This document shows positions 18,710-27,992 of a stretch of DNA of 64,000 bases, piece by piece (within the stretch, counting starts at the first letter, position 1; each line of letters starts with the position of its first letter). The notes beneath the pieces are model-generated. The model was not told the origin of the DNA. It was given only the letters and a program-made list of their open reading frames with translations, and searched no databases. The stretch spans positions 160,001 through 224,000 of the forward strand of contig CBDCXV010000011.1 in assembly GCA_965223905.1 (NCBI GenBank). Direction: 5' to 3'. The stretch comes from Candidatus Latescibacterota bacterium. Lineage in GTDB: Bacteria > Latescibacterota > UBA2968 > UBA8231. The translations under genes and the position numbers were made by a program.

Positions 18710-19798
18710 ATGCCAGATCCCGACATGAAAGCGGTGAAGGTGATGCCTGTGAACGCTGTTCTTCTCGCCGTGGCGGTATTCCTGTGCAACCACGGACCGA
18801 CCTTTGATGCGGGGGCGCAGACTGCAGCGCCCGCGGACACCCAAGTCACCGAGCTGCCGCCGATGGTACGGCTGGTTCAGGAAGCGGAGTTTCTCGCCGG
18901 ACGCGGGCAGCTCAAACCCGCCATCGCTCGCTACGAAGAGGCGCTGAAACTGGGTGCCGGAAGCGCCGAGGTGCTCAACCGGCTCGGTACGCTCTACCTG
19001 GCGGATGGAAAGGTTGCAGAGTCGATCGCCGCCTTCAAGCGCTCCATGGCGGAAAGACCGGGCCAACTCCAGGTATATTCCACCCTGGGAGAGGCGTTCC
19101 TCGCCGCCGGGCAGCTCGATTCCGCCATCGCCGTCATAGAGAAAGCGCGCCGGCTGGCTCCACAGGTTTCGGCGATTCAGAGCTCCCTCGGGTTTCTCTA
19201 TATGCAGGCCGGAAACCGGTCGAAGGCCAAGACCCACCTCGACTCCGCCCTGCTTCTCGACGACCGCAATCCGGAAGCGCACCGCTACCTCGGGTTCCAT
19301 TACACCCGGGTTGACTCGCTGGAGAGGGCGATCGTCCAGTATGAAACCGTAACGGAGCTGCTCCCGCGGGACGTCGAGGCCTACAACAACCTCGGCTTCC
19401 TGCACTCGCAACAGGGGCACTACTCCCGGGCACTGTCCTACTACCAGCGCGCCAAGGAGTTGTCAGCGGATCCCGACGTGATACATGCGATTAACCTCAA
19501 CATGGAAGCCCTGCGTGAAATCATGGCCGGCAAGCTGCGGGCCCGCATGATCCTGGTCGATTCCGAGGCCCAGGGCCGCGACCTGCTCAAGCGGATCGAG
19601 GCAGGTGAGGATTTCGGCCAGCTGGCCGTCAAGTTTTCGAAGGCCCCGAACGCCCGCGACGGCGGTGACCTCGGGTTCTTCGCGCCCGGGGACATGCTGG
19701 AGGCAGTAGAAGAGGAAGTGCTGAAACTGCAGGTCAACGAGGTGAGCGGGGTGATCCGCATTCCCCAAGGGGTGATGCTGCTGCAGCGGCTGAATTGA
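18710..19798 (+). CDS. exported TPR protein with C-terminal parvulin (PpiC) domain
   Basis: Signal-like N-terminus, TPR repeats (NRLG, YLGF, YNNLG), GEDFGQLAVKFS...GGDLGFF. Confidence 0.8.
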   Translation: MPDPDMKAVKVMPVNAVLLAVAVFLCNHGPTFDAGAQTAAPADTQVTELPPMVRLVQEAEFLAGRGQLKPAIARYEEALKLGAGSAEVLNRLGTLYLADGKVAESIAAFKRSMAERPGQLQVYSTLGEAFLAAGQLDSAIAVIEKARRLAPQVSAIQSSLGFLYMQAGNRSKAKTHLDSALLLDDRNPEAHRYLGFHYTRVDSLERAIVQYETVTELLPRDVEAYNNLGFLHSQQGHYSRALSYYQRAKELSADPDVIHAINLNMEALREIMAGKLRARMILVDSEAQGRDLLKRIEAGEDFGQLAVKFSKAPNARDGGDLGFFAPGDMLEAVEEEVLKLQVNEVSGVIRIPQGVMLLQRLN

Positions 19799-19802
19799 AG
19801 AA

Positions 19803-19833
19803 CGGCCGGAAGCAGACCAACTGCTTCCGGCCG
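19803..19833 (+). terminator. 13-bp perfect hairpin just after the stop codon
   Basis: CGGCCGGAAGCAG-ACCAA-CTGCTTCCGGCCG; no U-tract on +. Confidence 0.5.
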
Positions 19834-19992
19834 CAAGGGAGGGTGCGAGCCCAGACCGGTAGGGCCCGCATCAGGTAGGACGCCGCAGGGGCCCAAGGGT
19901 TCCGCTTTATGTACCCAGCACCGAACAAAACCGTCGCTGTCGGGCAGCACATCTGAAATACAACCCACACATGGGGTGCAAACTTATTGTTC

Positions 19993-20018
19993 TACAAATA
20001 GATACAAATAGATACAAA
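19993..20018. repeat. 10-bp tandem direct repeat, about 2.6 copies, in AT-rich intergenic patch
   Basis: TACAAATAGA TACAAATAGA TACAAA. Confidence 0.8.
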
Positions 20019-20215
20019 ATTTTTATGACACAGTTTTCAGAGATGGCGTTCGGGTGTGGATCCGGAACCTTTATAACAGCAGGGCCAGCTTGGACCCCGA
20101 ATCGGGAGCCAGAAGCAAATCCCCGGCTACAAGGACTCTCCTGGAGAATTGCGATCCTGAAGGGTGCACGACCCCACCTGAACCGAGCGGGAAATTGCTA
20201 CGGGCATCCTTTCTA

Positions 20216-20767
20216 TTGAGCCGTTCCTTCTCGATCCGGGTGCAGGCGGAACTCTCCTTCGCCATTGCGCTGGCAGCGGTGCTGGGCCTCGTCAAGCTCA
20301 AGCTTCCCCACCTCCTCTACGGAGGCTCGGTGAGCCTGGATACGGTTCCATTGTTCGTCGCCGCCCTCAGGCACGGTCCGTTGGCAGGGGGGATGGCAGG
20401 CCTGGCATACGGTGTCGTTCACTTCGCCATGGCCCCCTACTTCGTGCATCCGATCCAGTTGGTTCTGGATTACCCCCTGGCCTACGCGACGGTGGGAATC
20501 GCCGCCCTTGCAGCCCTTGGGCGAGCCCCGGAAAAACCCCTTGGCTGGCCTCGCCTGGCCGTGGCAATCGCAGTTGCCGAGGCGATTCGACTGGGCCTCC
20601 ACTTCCTGTCCGGCGTCGTCTACTTCGGCCACCTGGCGCCGCAGGGCATGGAGGTATGGCGATATTCCCTGGGGTACAACGCCAGCTACCTCGTCCCCGA
20701 GGCCGTCCTCGATATCCTGCTCGTGCCCATGGTGCTGCGCCGACTCCCCCCTTCGGGAGGAGCCTGA
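20216..20767 (+). CDS. thiT: ECF S-component, thiamine transporter ThiT; start approximate
   Basis: GGSVSL, HPIQLVLDYPLAY, HFLSGVVYFGHLAP, YSLGYNASY. Confidence 0.85.
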   Translation: MSRSFSIRVQAELSFAIALAAVLGLVKLKLPHLLYGGSVSLDTVPLFVAALRHGPLAGGMAGLAYGVVHFAMAPYFVHPIQLVLDYPLAYATVGIAALAALGRAPEKPLGWPRLAVAIAVAEAIRLGLHFLSGVVYFGHLAPQGMEVWRYSLGYNASYLVPEAVLDILLVPMVLRRLPPSGGA

Positions 20768-20807
20768 TCCGCATGCTCGGCAAACTTTCTTACCCTGGAG
20801 GAATTTC

Positions 20808-21999
20808 GTGAACCTTGAAAAGAAAATACCTGCAAGACTCGATCCGTCGCAGCGCCTGCTCATGGGCCCCGGGCCGAGCAACGTCCACCCACGTGTGTAC
20901 GCCGCCTTGGCGGCCCCCGTGGTCGGGCACCTGGACCCACAGTTTCTCGATGTGATGGAGGACTCGAAAAATCTTCTCAGGCAGGTGTTTCAGACGCAGA
21001 ACCGACTGACCATCTCGGTTTCCGGCACTGGAAGCGCAGGAATGGAGACATGCTTCACCAACCTCATCGAGCCTGGGGACCAGGTCGTTGTATGCGCCTG
21101 CGGGGTTTTCGGCCAGCGCATGCAGGATGTCGCGGAGCGCTGCGGTGCCGAAGTCTTCACGGTGGCTGCGAAATGGGGCGGCCCGGTCTCCCCGGACGAG
21201 GTCGCGGAGACACTCCAAAAAATCCAGGGCGACGTAAAGCTCCTGGCCATAGTGCACGCCGAGACCTCGACCGGGGTCTTGCAGCCCCTGGAAGAGATAG
21301 CCGCCCTCGCTCGCGGCCGCGGGGCCCTTCTCGTCGTCGACGCCGTCACTTCGCTGGCAGGCATCGACATCGGGGGGTGGACTCCCTAGGCATCGATGCC
21401 TGCTACAGCGGCACCCAGAAGTGCCTGAGTTGTCCCCCCGGACTATCACCCGTAACCCTGAACGACCGCTGCCTCGACCTGATCCGCAACAGGCGGGAGA
21501 AAGTTCAGAGCTGGTACCTCGACCTGTCGATGATCGAGCAGTACTGGGGAAGCGACCGCGTGTATCACCACACCGCTCCGGTGTCGATGAACAACGCCCT
21601 CAGAGAGGCACTGGCCCTCGTTCTCGAGGAGGGCCTGGAAGCTCGCTGGACGCGGCATGCGAAGAATCACCAGTGCCTTGGTCCGCGGACTGACGGCGAT
21701 GGGCCTCGACCTCGTCGTCGAGGAGCCCTTCCGGCTCCCCATGCTGACGACGGTGCGGATTCCCGACGGGGTCGACGACGCCGCTGCCCGACGCCGCTCT
21801 GTTGGAGGAGTTCAACATCGAAATCGGCGGGGGGCTCGGCGACTTCAAAGGAAAGGCCTGGCGCCTCGGTCTGATGGGACACACCTCGAGCCTGGAGAAT
21901 GTATTTCTCTTTCTCGCGGCCGCGGCAGCCGTGCTGCACGGCCAAGGAGTGGCCGCGGATGCCGGTGAGGCGCTCGAGGCCGCCCTGTCCCCGGGTTGA
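20808..21999 (+). pseudogene. alanine-glyoxylate/serine-pyruvate aminotransferase (class V) with three frameshifts (pseudogene or sequencing error)
   Basis: [24 protein letters not shown] / [13 protein letters not shown] / LTTVRIPDG / [15 protein letters not shown] lie in four successive frame segments. Confidence 0.85.
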
Positions 22000-22133
22000 G
22001 CCCGGTTTTCGGGACGCCTCCCAGAAAGTAGATGGATACAGTTCGGGACGTGCTGCGGCCTCGTCTGTAGTCCCCTCTGACAACAGCTGCTGGCGAGCGC
22101 TCGTTTTGCGGGTGGGGAAGGCTGCTCCATTTC

Positions 22134-22162
22134 TTGCAGGTGTCCTGCGCCAAAGGTAGATT
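22134..22162 (+). promoter_or_regulatory. putative sigma70 promoter of thrC-metB
   Basis: TTGCAG-N17-TAGATT. Confidence 0.35.
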
Positions 22163-22233
22163 TTGAACCTTTCCCCCGAAGGGCGGAACCCGGAATCGGC
22201 GCGACTTCCAAAACTTTGCACGACCGAAGGATC

Positions 22234-23586
22234 ATGGGGTATCAGGCCTGGTTTCAGTGCATCAAGTGCAACGAGACCTACCCGCTTACCGAAATGGTTT
22301 ACGAATGCGGGGAGTGCGGGGGTTTGCTGTCCGTCCAGCACGACATGACGGAACTGCGGAAGAAACCTGGGGCCGAATGGCGCGAGCTTTTCGACCGCCG
22401 CTACATGCGTAATGATTTTCCGTTCGGCAGCTCGGTCTGGGGCAAGCAGGAGATGGTTTGCCCCGAGGTCGAGGAAGAGAACGTCGTGTCGATGTACGAA
22501 GGGGGGAGCAACCTGTTCTGGGCGGAGAGGCTGGGCCGCGAGATCCGGCTGGAAGACCTCTGGGTAAAACAGTGCGGGAACAGCCATACCGGGTCGTTCA
22601 AGGACCTGGGAATGACGGTACTGGTCTCCATGGTGCGGCAGATGCGATCGGAGGGAACCGACATCCCGGCTCTCATCTGCGCTTCTACCGGGGACACCTC
22701 CGCCGCCCTGGCCGCCTACGGAGCAGCCGCCAGCATTCCGGTTATCACCTTGCTGCCAAAGGACATGATATCCCTTTCGCAGCTGATCCAGCCGATCACG
22801 AACGGTGCTCTTACGCTGTCGATCCGCACTGATTTCGACGGCTGCATGCGGCTCGTCCAGGAAATCTGCAGCCGCGAGAACCTCTACCTTGCGAACTCGA
22901 AGAACTCCCTGCGCATCGAAGGCCAGAAGACAGTTGCGATCGAACTGACCCAGCAGTTCGATTGGAAGATTCCGGACTGGATCGTCATCCCTGGGGGCAA
23001 CCTAGGAAACGTCAGCGCCCTGGGGAAGGGGTTTCTCGAAATGAGGGAGATGGGAATCATCGACGATCTGCCGGGCATTGCCGTCGCCCAGTCCGCCAAG
23101 GCCAACCCACTGTACCTCAGTTACCTGGACCACTTCGAGTCGTTCGCATCGCAACGTGCCGGCAGCACCCTCGCAAGCGCCATTCGCATCGGCAATCCCG
23201 TCAGTTGGGAGCGGGCGGTCCGCGTCCTCAGGCAGTTCGACGGTGTCGTGGAGCAGGCGACCGAGCAGGAACTGTCCGAAGCCGCTGCCCGGGCTGACCG
23301 CACCGGGCTTTTCACCTGCCCGCACACGGGAGTGGCGCTGGCAGCCTTGTTCAAGCTGGTCGAACGGGGCATCATCTCCCCGGACGACACTGTCGTCGTG
23401 ATCTCCACGGCGCACGGTCTCAAGTTTCCGAACTTCAAGATCGACTATCACTCCGACAATTTGCGCGAGGTTTTCGGCGTCGTTCCCCGGAACGCCAACC
23501 GGCCCGTCGAGGTCGACCCCGATTTCGAGCAGGTGCGCGCGACGGTGCTGAGATCGATCGATGCGGTTCCCACTCCAGCCGGTTGA
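22234..23586 (+). CDS. thrC: threonine synthase, plant-type subfamily
   Basis: HTGSFKDLGMTVLVS, CASTGDTSAALAAY, PGGNLGN, CPHTGVAL, STAHGLKF. Confidence 0.93.
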   Translation: MGYQAWFQCIKCNETYPLTEMVYECGECGGLLSVQHDMTELRKKPGAEWRELFDRRYMRNDFPFGSSVWGKQEMVCPEVEEENVVSMYEGGSNLFWAERLGREIRLEDLWVKQCGNSHTGSFKDLGMTVLVSMVRQMRSEGTDIPALICASTGDTSAALAAYGAAASIPVITLLPKDMISLSQLIQPITNGALTLSIRTDFDGCMRLVQEICSRENLYLANSKNSLRIEGQKTVAIELTQQFDWKIPDWIVIPGGNLGNVSALGKGFLEMREMGIIDDLPGIAVAQSAKANPLYLSYLDHFESFASQRAGSTLASAIRIGNPVSWERAVRVLRQFDGVVEQATEQELSEAAARADRTGLFTCPHTGVALAALFKLVERGIISPDDTVVVISTAHGLKFPNFKIDYHSDNLREVFGVVPRNANRPVEVDPDFEQVRATVLRSIDAVPTPAG

Positions 23587-23587
23587 A

Positions 23588-24835
23588 TTGGGGAAATCGT
23601 TGCCAGAGAAATCTGTCGACTCGCGGGAAGGGGAACCCACCGCCGCTGCGGACGCTCCATCCAGGGCGCGGCCCGGAGCATCGACGCGTTCCGTTCACGG
23701 GGGGGAGGATCGGGCAAAAGGAGCCAAGTCCCTGACCACCCCGATAGCGCAGACTTCGACCTTCGTCTTCGATACGCTCGACGAGTTCGAGGCCTACAAG
23801 GCGGGGGAGCGGACGCAGTACGAATACGGCCGCTACGGCAACCCGACCCTGGCCGCCGCGGAAAGTAAGCTCGCCGATCTCGACCACGCGGCGCAGGCGC
23901 TGCTGTTCTCCTCCGGGATGAGTGCCATCTCGACCGCGCTGCTGGCGATGCTGCGCTCCGGCCAGCACCTGGTCGTTATGGAGGACTGCTACCGGCGCAC
24001 CGTGCAGCTGTGCAACGTCCTGGGCAAATTCGGCATCAAGAGCAGCTTCGTGCGCCCCGGAGATTTCGACGAGCTGCAGCAGGCCCTGCAGCCGAATACG
24101 CGCCTGATCTTCACCGAATCTCCCACCAACCCGCATCTTCACGTCGTCGACCTGGAGAAATTGGTCTTCTTCGCCAGAGAGCGCCGGCTCAAGGTCCTGA
24201 TCGACAGCACTTTCGCAACGCCGGTGAACCAGTGTCCCCTCGACTTCGGCGTCGACCTCGTCTTCCACAGCGCCACCAAGTACCTCGGGGGACACAACGA
24301 CCTGATGGCGGGATCGGTGTGCGGCGCGGAGGGGATCATCTCTGCAATCAAGGAGTTCCGCGACATCGTCGGTACCATTGCCGACCCGCAGTCGAGCTAC
24401 CTGCTCATCCGGGGACTGAAAACCCTGGCCGTCCGCATGGCCAGGCAGAACGACAGCGCGCTGAGAATCGCAGCCTTCCTCGAAGCACACTCCAAGGTCA
24501 AGCGGGTCTATTACCCGGGTCTTCCCAGCCATCCCGATCACGAAGTCGCCAGAAGACAGATGCACGGGTTCGGGGGAGTCGTCAGTTTCGACCTCGACGG
24601 CGACCTGGAGACGGCGAGGAATTTCGTCCACAGGTTGACGATACCCTACCTGGCACCCAGTCTCGGGGGTGTCGAGACTCTGGTATCGCATCCGGCTACG
24701 ATTTCGTACTACGATCTGAGCTGGGAGGACCGGCAGGCCATCGGAATTACCGACGAGCTGATACGGTATTCCGTCGGCATCGAGGACCCCGAAGATCTCG
24801 TTGGTGACATGGCGTCGGCCTTGGCTGCGGTTTGA
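23588..24835 (+). CDS. metB: cystathionine gamma-synthase, plant-type subfamily
   Basis: YEYGRYGNPT, DCYRRT, FTESPTNP, HSATKYLGGHND, SYYDLSWEDR. Confidence 0.85.
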   Translation: MGKSLPEKSVDSREGEPTAAADAPSRARPGASTRSVHGGEDRAKGAKSLTTPIAQTSTFVFDTLDEFEAYKAGERTQYEYGRYGNPTLAAAESKLADLDHAAQALLFSSGMSAISTALLAMLRSGQHLVVMEDCYRRTVQLCNVLGKFGIKSSFVRPGDFDELQQALQPNTRLIFTESPTNPHLHVVDLEKLVFFARERRLKVLIDSTFATPVNQCPLDFGVDLVFHSATKYLGGHNDLMAGSVCGAEGIISAIKEFRDIVGTIADPQSSYLLIRGLKTLAVRMARQNDSALRIAAFLEAHSKVKRVYYPGLPSHPDHEVARRQMHGFGGVVSFDLDGDLETARNFVHRLTIPYLAPSLGGVETLVSHPATISYYDLSWEDRQAIGITDELIRYSVGIEDPEDLVGDMASALAAV

Positions 24836-25049
24836 GGAAAAAATCCTGCCCGGCGCGAAGGTTTGCGTATTCCTGATGGTGGTAGCGTTTCATCGATCCA
24901 AGATTTGGCGACGTTCTCACGGTTCCCGTTCCCCGGTTTTGGGCTAGTGTCCTGTCCAGTCAATATCTGCAATTCTTCCGCCGATCCATCCCGGCTCGCG
25001 GCCCAATTTTGGCAATCTATCTCCGGGACAGGACACTATTGGGTAGGCG

Positions 25050-26084
25050 ATGAAGGGTGAACCGGCCGGGATCCCGGCCTTCGAGCAGTCGTTTTCGGAA
25101 GTCGGTCCGCATCGGCCCCGGCGCCTGCGCGGAAACCGCCTCATCCGCAGCATGGTTCGCGAGACCAGCGTGCGGGTCGAAGACCTGGTTATGCCCTTCT
25201 TCGTCTGTCCCGGGGAGGGGGTGCAGCTCGAGATCCGGTCGATGCCGGGGAACCACCAGCTCTCGGTCGACCTCTTGGTCGAGCAATCCCGCGAGGTCGC
25301 CGGCCTGGGGATTCCAGCTGTCCTCCTGTTCGGGATTCCCGGGGAAAAGGATGCAGTGGGCACTTCCGGCTACGACCCGAACGGTATCGTCCCAGCGGCG
25401 ATTCGTGCAATCAAAGACGCCGGCCTGGACCTGCTCGTCATCGCCGACGTCTGCCTTTGCGAGTACACCGATCATGGGCACTGCGGCGTTCTCGGGGAGC
25501 CAGCGATCGCCGCCGGCCTCGAAGTCGACAACGATCGCACGGTGGAGTTGCTGGCGAAGGAGGCTCTCGTTTACGCCGAGGCCGGGGCTGACATGATTGC
25601 TCCCTCCGACATGATGGATGGGCGCATCGGCAGAATCAGGGCGGTTCTCGACGGCAACGGTTTTACGCACCTGCCGATCATGTCGTACGCGGCCAAGTAC
25701 GCCTCCGCATTCTACGGCCCGTTTCGGGAAGCTGCCGGGTCGGCGCCGCAGAGGGGCGACAGACGCGGCTACCAGATGGATCCCCCCAACTGCCGGGAGG
25801 CTATGCGGGAAATCGAGCTCGACCTGGCGGAGGGTGCCGACATCATCATGGTCAAGCCGGCGCTCGCCTATCTCGATGTGCTGCGCGAAGCCCGGCGGCG
25901 TTTCGATGTCCCCCTGGCTGCCTACAGCGTCAGCGGAGAATTCGCCATGGTCAAAGCCGCAGCGGAGAGGGGCTGGATCGACGAGGTACGCATCAGAGAC
26001 GAAATTCTGCTGGGTATCAAGCGGGCGGGGGCAGACCTGATCATCACCTATTTTGCCAGAGATGTCGCCGCCGGCCTCGCCTGA
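25050..26084 (+). CDS. hemB: porphobilinogen synthase (Zn-type)
   Basis: RPRRLR, DVCLCEYTDHGHCG, APSDMMDGR, MVKPA. Confidence 0.97.
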   Translation: MKGEPAGIPAFEQSFSEVGPHRPRRLRGNRLIRSMVRETSVRVEDLVMPFFVCPGEGVQLEIRSMPGNHQLSVDLLVEQSREVAGLGIPAVLLFGIPGEKDAVGTSGYDPNGIVPAAIRAIKDAGLDLLVIADVCLCEYTDHGHCGVLGEPAIAAGLEVDNDRTVELLAKEALVYAEAGADMIAPSDMMDGRIGRIRAVLDGNGFTHLPIMSYAAKYASAFYGPFREAAGSAPQRGDRRGYQMDPPNCREAMREIELDLAEGADIIMVKPALAYLDVLREARRRFDVPLAAYSVSGEFAMVKAAAERGWIDEVRIRDEILLGIKRAGADLIITYFARDVAAGLA

Positions 26085-26132
26085 TCAAGGAGTTTTCGTC
26101 GGCTCTTCGGGCGGTTGGACAGCGGTAGAGGG

Positions 26133-27080
26133 ATGATGAAGAACTACCTGAAAATCATGGCGGGATCGAGCAATCCGAAGCTCGCCAGGGAAATCTGCGA
26201 ATATCTCGACTGCCCCCCCGGACGTCTGTCGGTCGATCGCGCCTCGAACGACACCATCAAGGTGCAGATCAACGAGAACGTCCGGGAAGACGACGTCTTT
26301 GTCGTTCAAACCTCCTGTCCGCCGGTGAATGACAACTTCATCGAGCTCCTGCTCATCATCGACGCCCTGAAATACGCCTCGGCGCGCCGCATAACGGCGG
26401 TGTTGCCGTACTACCCATACGTGCGTTCTGACAAGAAGGACGAGCCGCGCATCTCGATCAGCGCGCGCCTCGTCGCCGATCTGCTTGAAACCGCAGGCGC
26501 CGACCGCATACTGACCATGACCCTGCACTCGCCCCAGATCGCCGCCTTTTCCCGTATCCCCGTCGATCAGCTGTGGGCGACCAACCTGTTGTGCAATCAT
26601 CTGTTGCGGACCCGGGATCTCAGCAACGCGGTGGTGGTTTCTCCCGATGTCGGCAGCGCCCACGAGGCGAACTATTACGCCCGCCGCCTCGAGCTTCCTC
26701 TTGCAATCATGGACAAAAGGCGCAAAGGAGACGACGAGGTCGCCGAGGTGCAGACCGTCATAGGCGACATCGAGGGCCGGGACGCACTCCTGTTCGATGA
26801 CGAGGTCCTGACCGGCAGCTCGATGATGGAAGCCATCCGCCTGCTCAAGGAGCGCGGGGCTCGACGCATCCTGGCCGGATGTACCCACGGCGTTTTTTCC
26901 GGTGATGCCATTGCACGCATCGAAGCCTCCCCGGTGGAGCTGTTTCTCAAGACCAACACGGTGCCGATGCCCGCCGAGTCAGAAACGGGAAAGATCGAAG
27001 TGATCTCGGTTGCCCGCCTTTTCGGCGATGCTATCAAGGCCATCCACCACGGCGAGTCGGTCAGCCGCCTGCTCGACTGA
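26133..27080 (+). CDS. prs: ribose-phosphate pyrophosphokinase
   Basis: PYYPYVRSDKK, VSPDVG, MDKRR, FDDEVLTG, THGVFS. Confidence 0.92.
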   Translation: MMKNYLKIMAGSSNPKLAREICEYLDCPPGRLSVDRASNDTIKVQINENVREDDVFVVQTSCPPVNDNFIELLLIIDALKYASARRITAVLPYYPYVRSDKKDEPRISISARLVADLLETAGADRILTMTLHSPQIAAFSRIPVDQLWATNLLCNHLLRTRDLSNAVVVSPDVGSAHEANYYARRLELPLAIMDKRRKGDDEVAEVQTVIGDIEGRDALLFDDEVLTGSSMMEAIRLLKERGARRILAGCTHGVFSGDAIARIEASPVELFLKTNTVPMPAESETGKIEVISVARLFGDAIKAIHHGESVSRLLD

Positions 27081-27110
27081 CTGTGCCGCACCCAAACCTC
27101 GAGGACCGAC

Positions 27111-27272
27111 ATGCCGAGCAGATTCAGCATCATCTCCGAGTTGTGGGCCTTCATGCAGGTTCGCAAGAAGTGGTGGCTGGGACCGATTTTCGCAACCCTT
27201 GTCCTGCTCGGAATGCTGATCGTTCTCACCGAGGGGTCTGCCCTCGCCCCCTTCATCTACACGCTGTTCTGA
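27111..27272 (+). CDS. DUF5989 (SxtK-like) small membrane protein, 53 aa; not in ORF track
   Basis: MPSRFSIISELWAFMQVRKKWWLGPIFATLVLLGMLIVLTEGSALAPFIYTLF; GAGGA RBS. Confidence 0.9.
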   Translation: MPSRFSIISELWAFMQVRKKWWLGPIFATLVLLGMLIVLTEGSALAPFIYTLF

Positions 27273-27431
27273 TATCCTTCAGGTCGCGAAACCGGTTTCG
27301 TGCAACCACCTGGTCCGTCTCTTTGACTCCCGGAACTCGGGCAACTTATCTTAATATGCTACAGTGAGTTCCGTCGTTTTTCGATGTCCTCTCCGCGGCA
27401 ATTTCAGACCCCTGATCGACGGCCTAATCGT

Positions 27432-27977
27432 ATGGACAGTCACAGTACTATCCAGGTCGATCGGCTGGCTGAATTGATTCGGGACATCCCCGACTTTCCG
27501 AGGCCGGGGATATTGTACCGGGACATTTCCACCTTGCTCAAGGACCCTTGCGGACTGAGGGCGGCAGTGGTGGCCATGGCCGCCCCCTTCGAGCCATCCG
27601 CCGTCGACATGGTCGTCGGGGTGGAAGCGCGCGGGTTCATCCTCGGGGCTCCCATCGCCGTTTCCCTCGATTGCGGGTTCGTTCCGGTGCGGAAGTCGGG
27701 AAAGCTGCCTGCGGCCGTCGTCGGTGAAGAGTACGAACTGGAATACGGGACCGCCGCAGTCGAAATTCACCGCGATGCCCTGAAACCGGGGGATCGGGTA
27801 CTGGTCGTCGACGACGTTCTCGCCACGGGCGGCACAATGGCTGCTTCCTGCCGCCTGCTCGAACAGCTTGAAGCAAGTATTGTAGCTGCCTGCTTTCTCG
27901 TTGAGTTGAATGCTCTCCGGGGGCGCGACCGGCTCGCCCAGTACCGCGTCGAGTCGGTTATACAGTATCGCGACTGA
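27432..27977 (+). CDS. apt: adenine phosphoribosyltransferase
   Basis: IPDFPRPGILYRDI, EARGF, RKSGKLP, LEYG, VDDVLATGGT. Confidence 0.96.
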   Translation: MDSHSTIQVDRLAELIRDIPDFPRPGILYRDISTLLKDPCGLRAAVVAMAAPFEPSAVDMVVGVEARGFILGAPIAVSLDCGFVPVRKSGKLPAAVVGEEYELEYGTAAVEIHRDALKPGDRVLVVDDVLATGGTMAASCRLLEQLEASIVAACFLVELNALRGRDRLAQYRVESVIQYRD

Positions 27978-27992
27978 AGACAAAGGGGCCTG

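Noticed and set aside
19834-20215. TPP riboswitch before thiT (GGGGTGC at about 19973)
   Set aside because: The CTGAGA and ACCTGA core elements are not present in the right arrangement
22000-22233. SAM riboswitch or T-box before thrC-metB
   Set aside because: No consensus elements recognised
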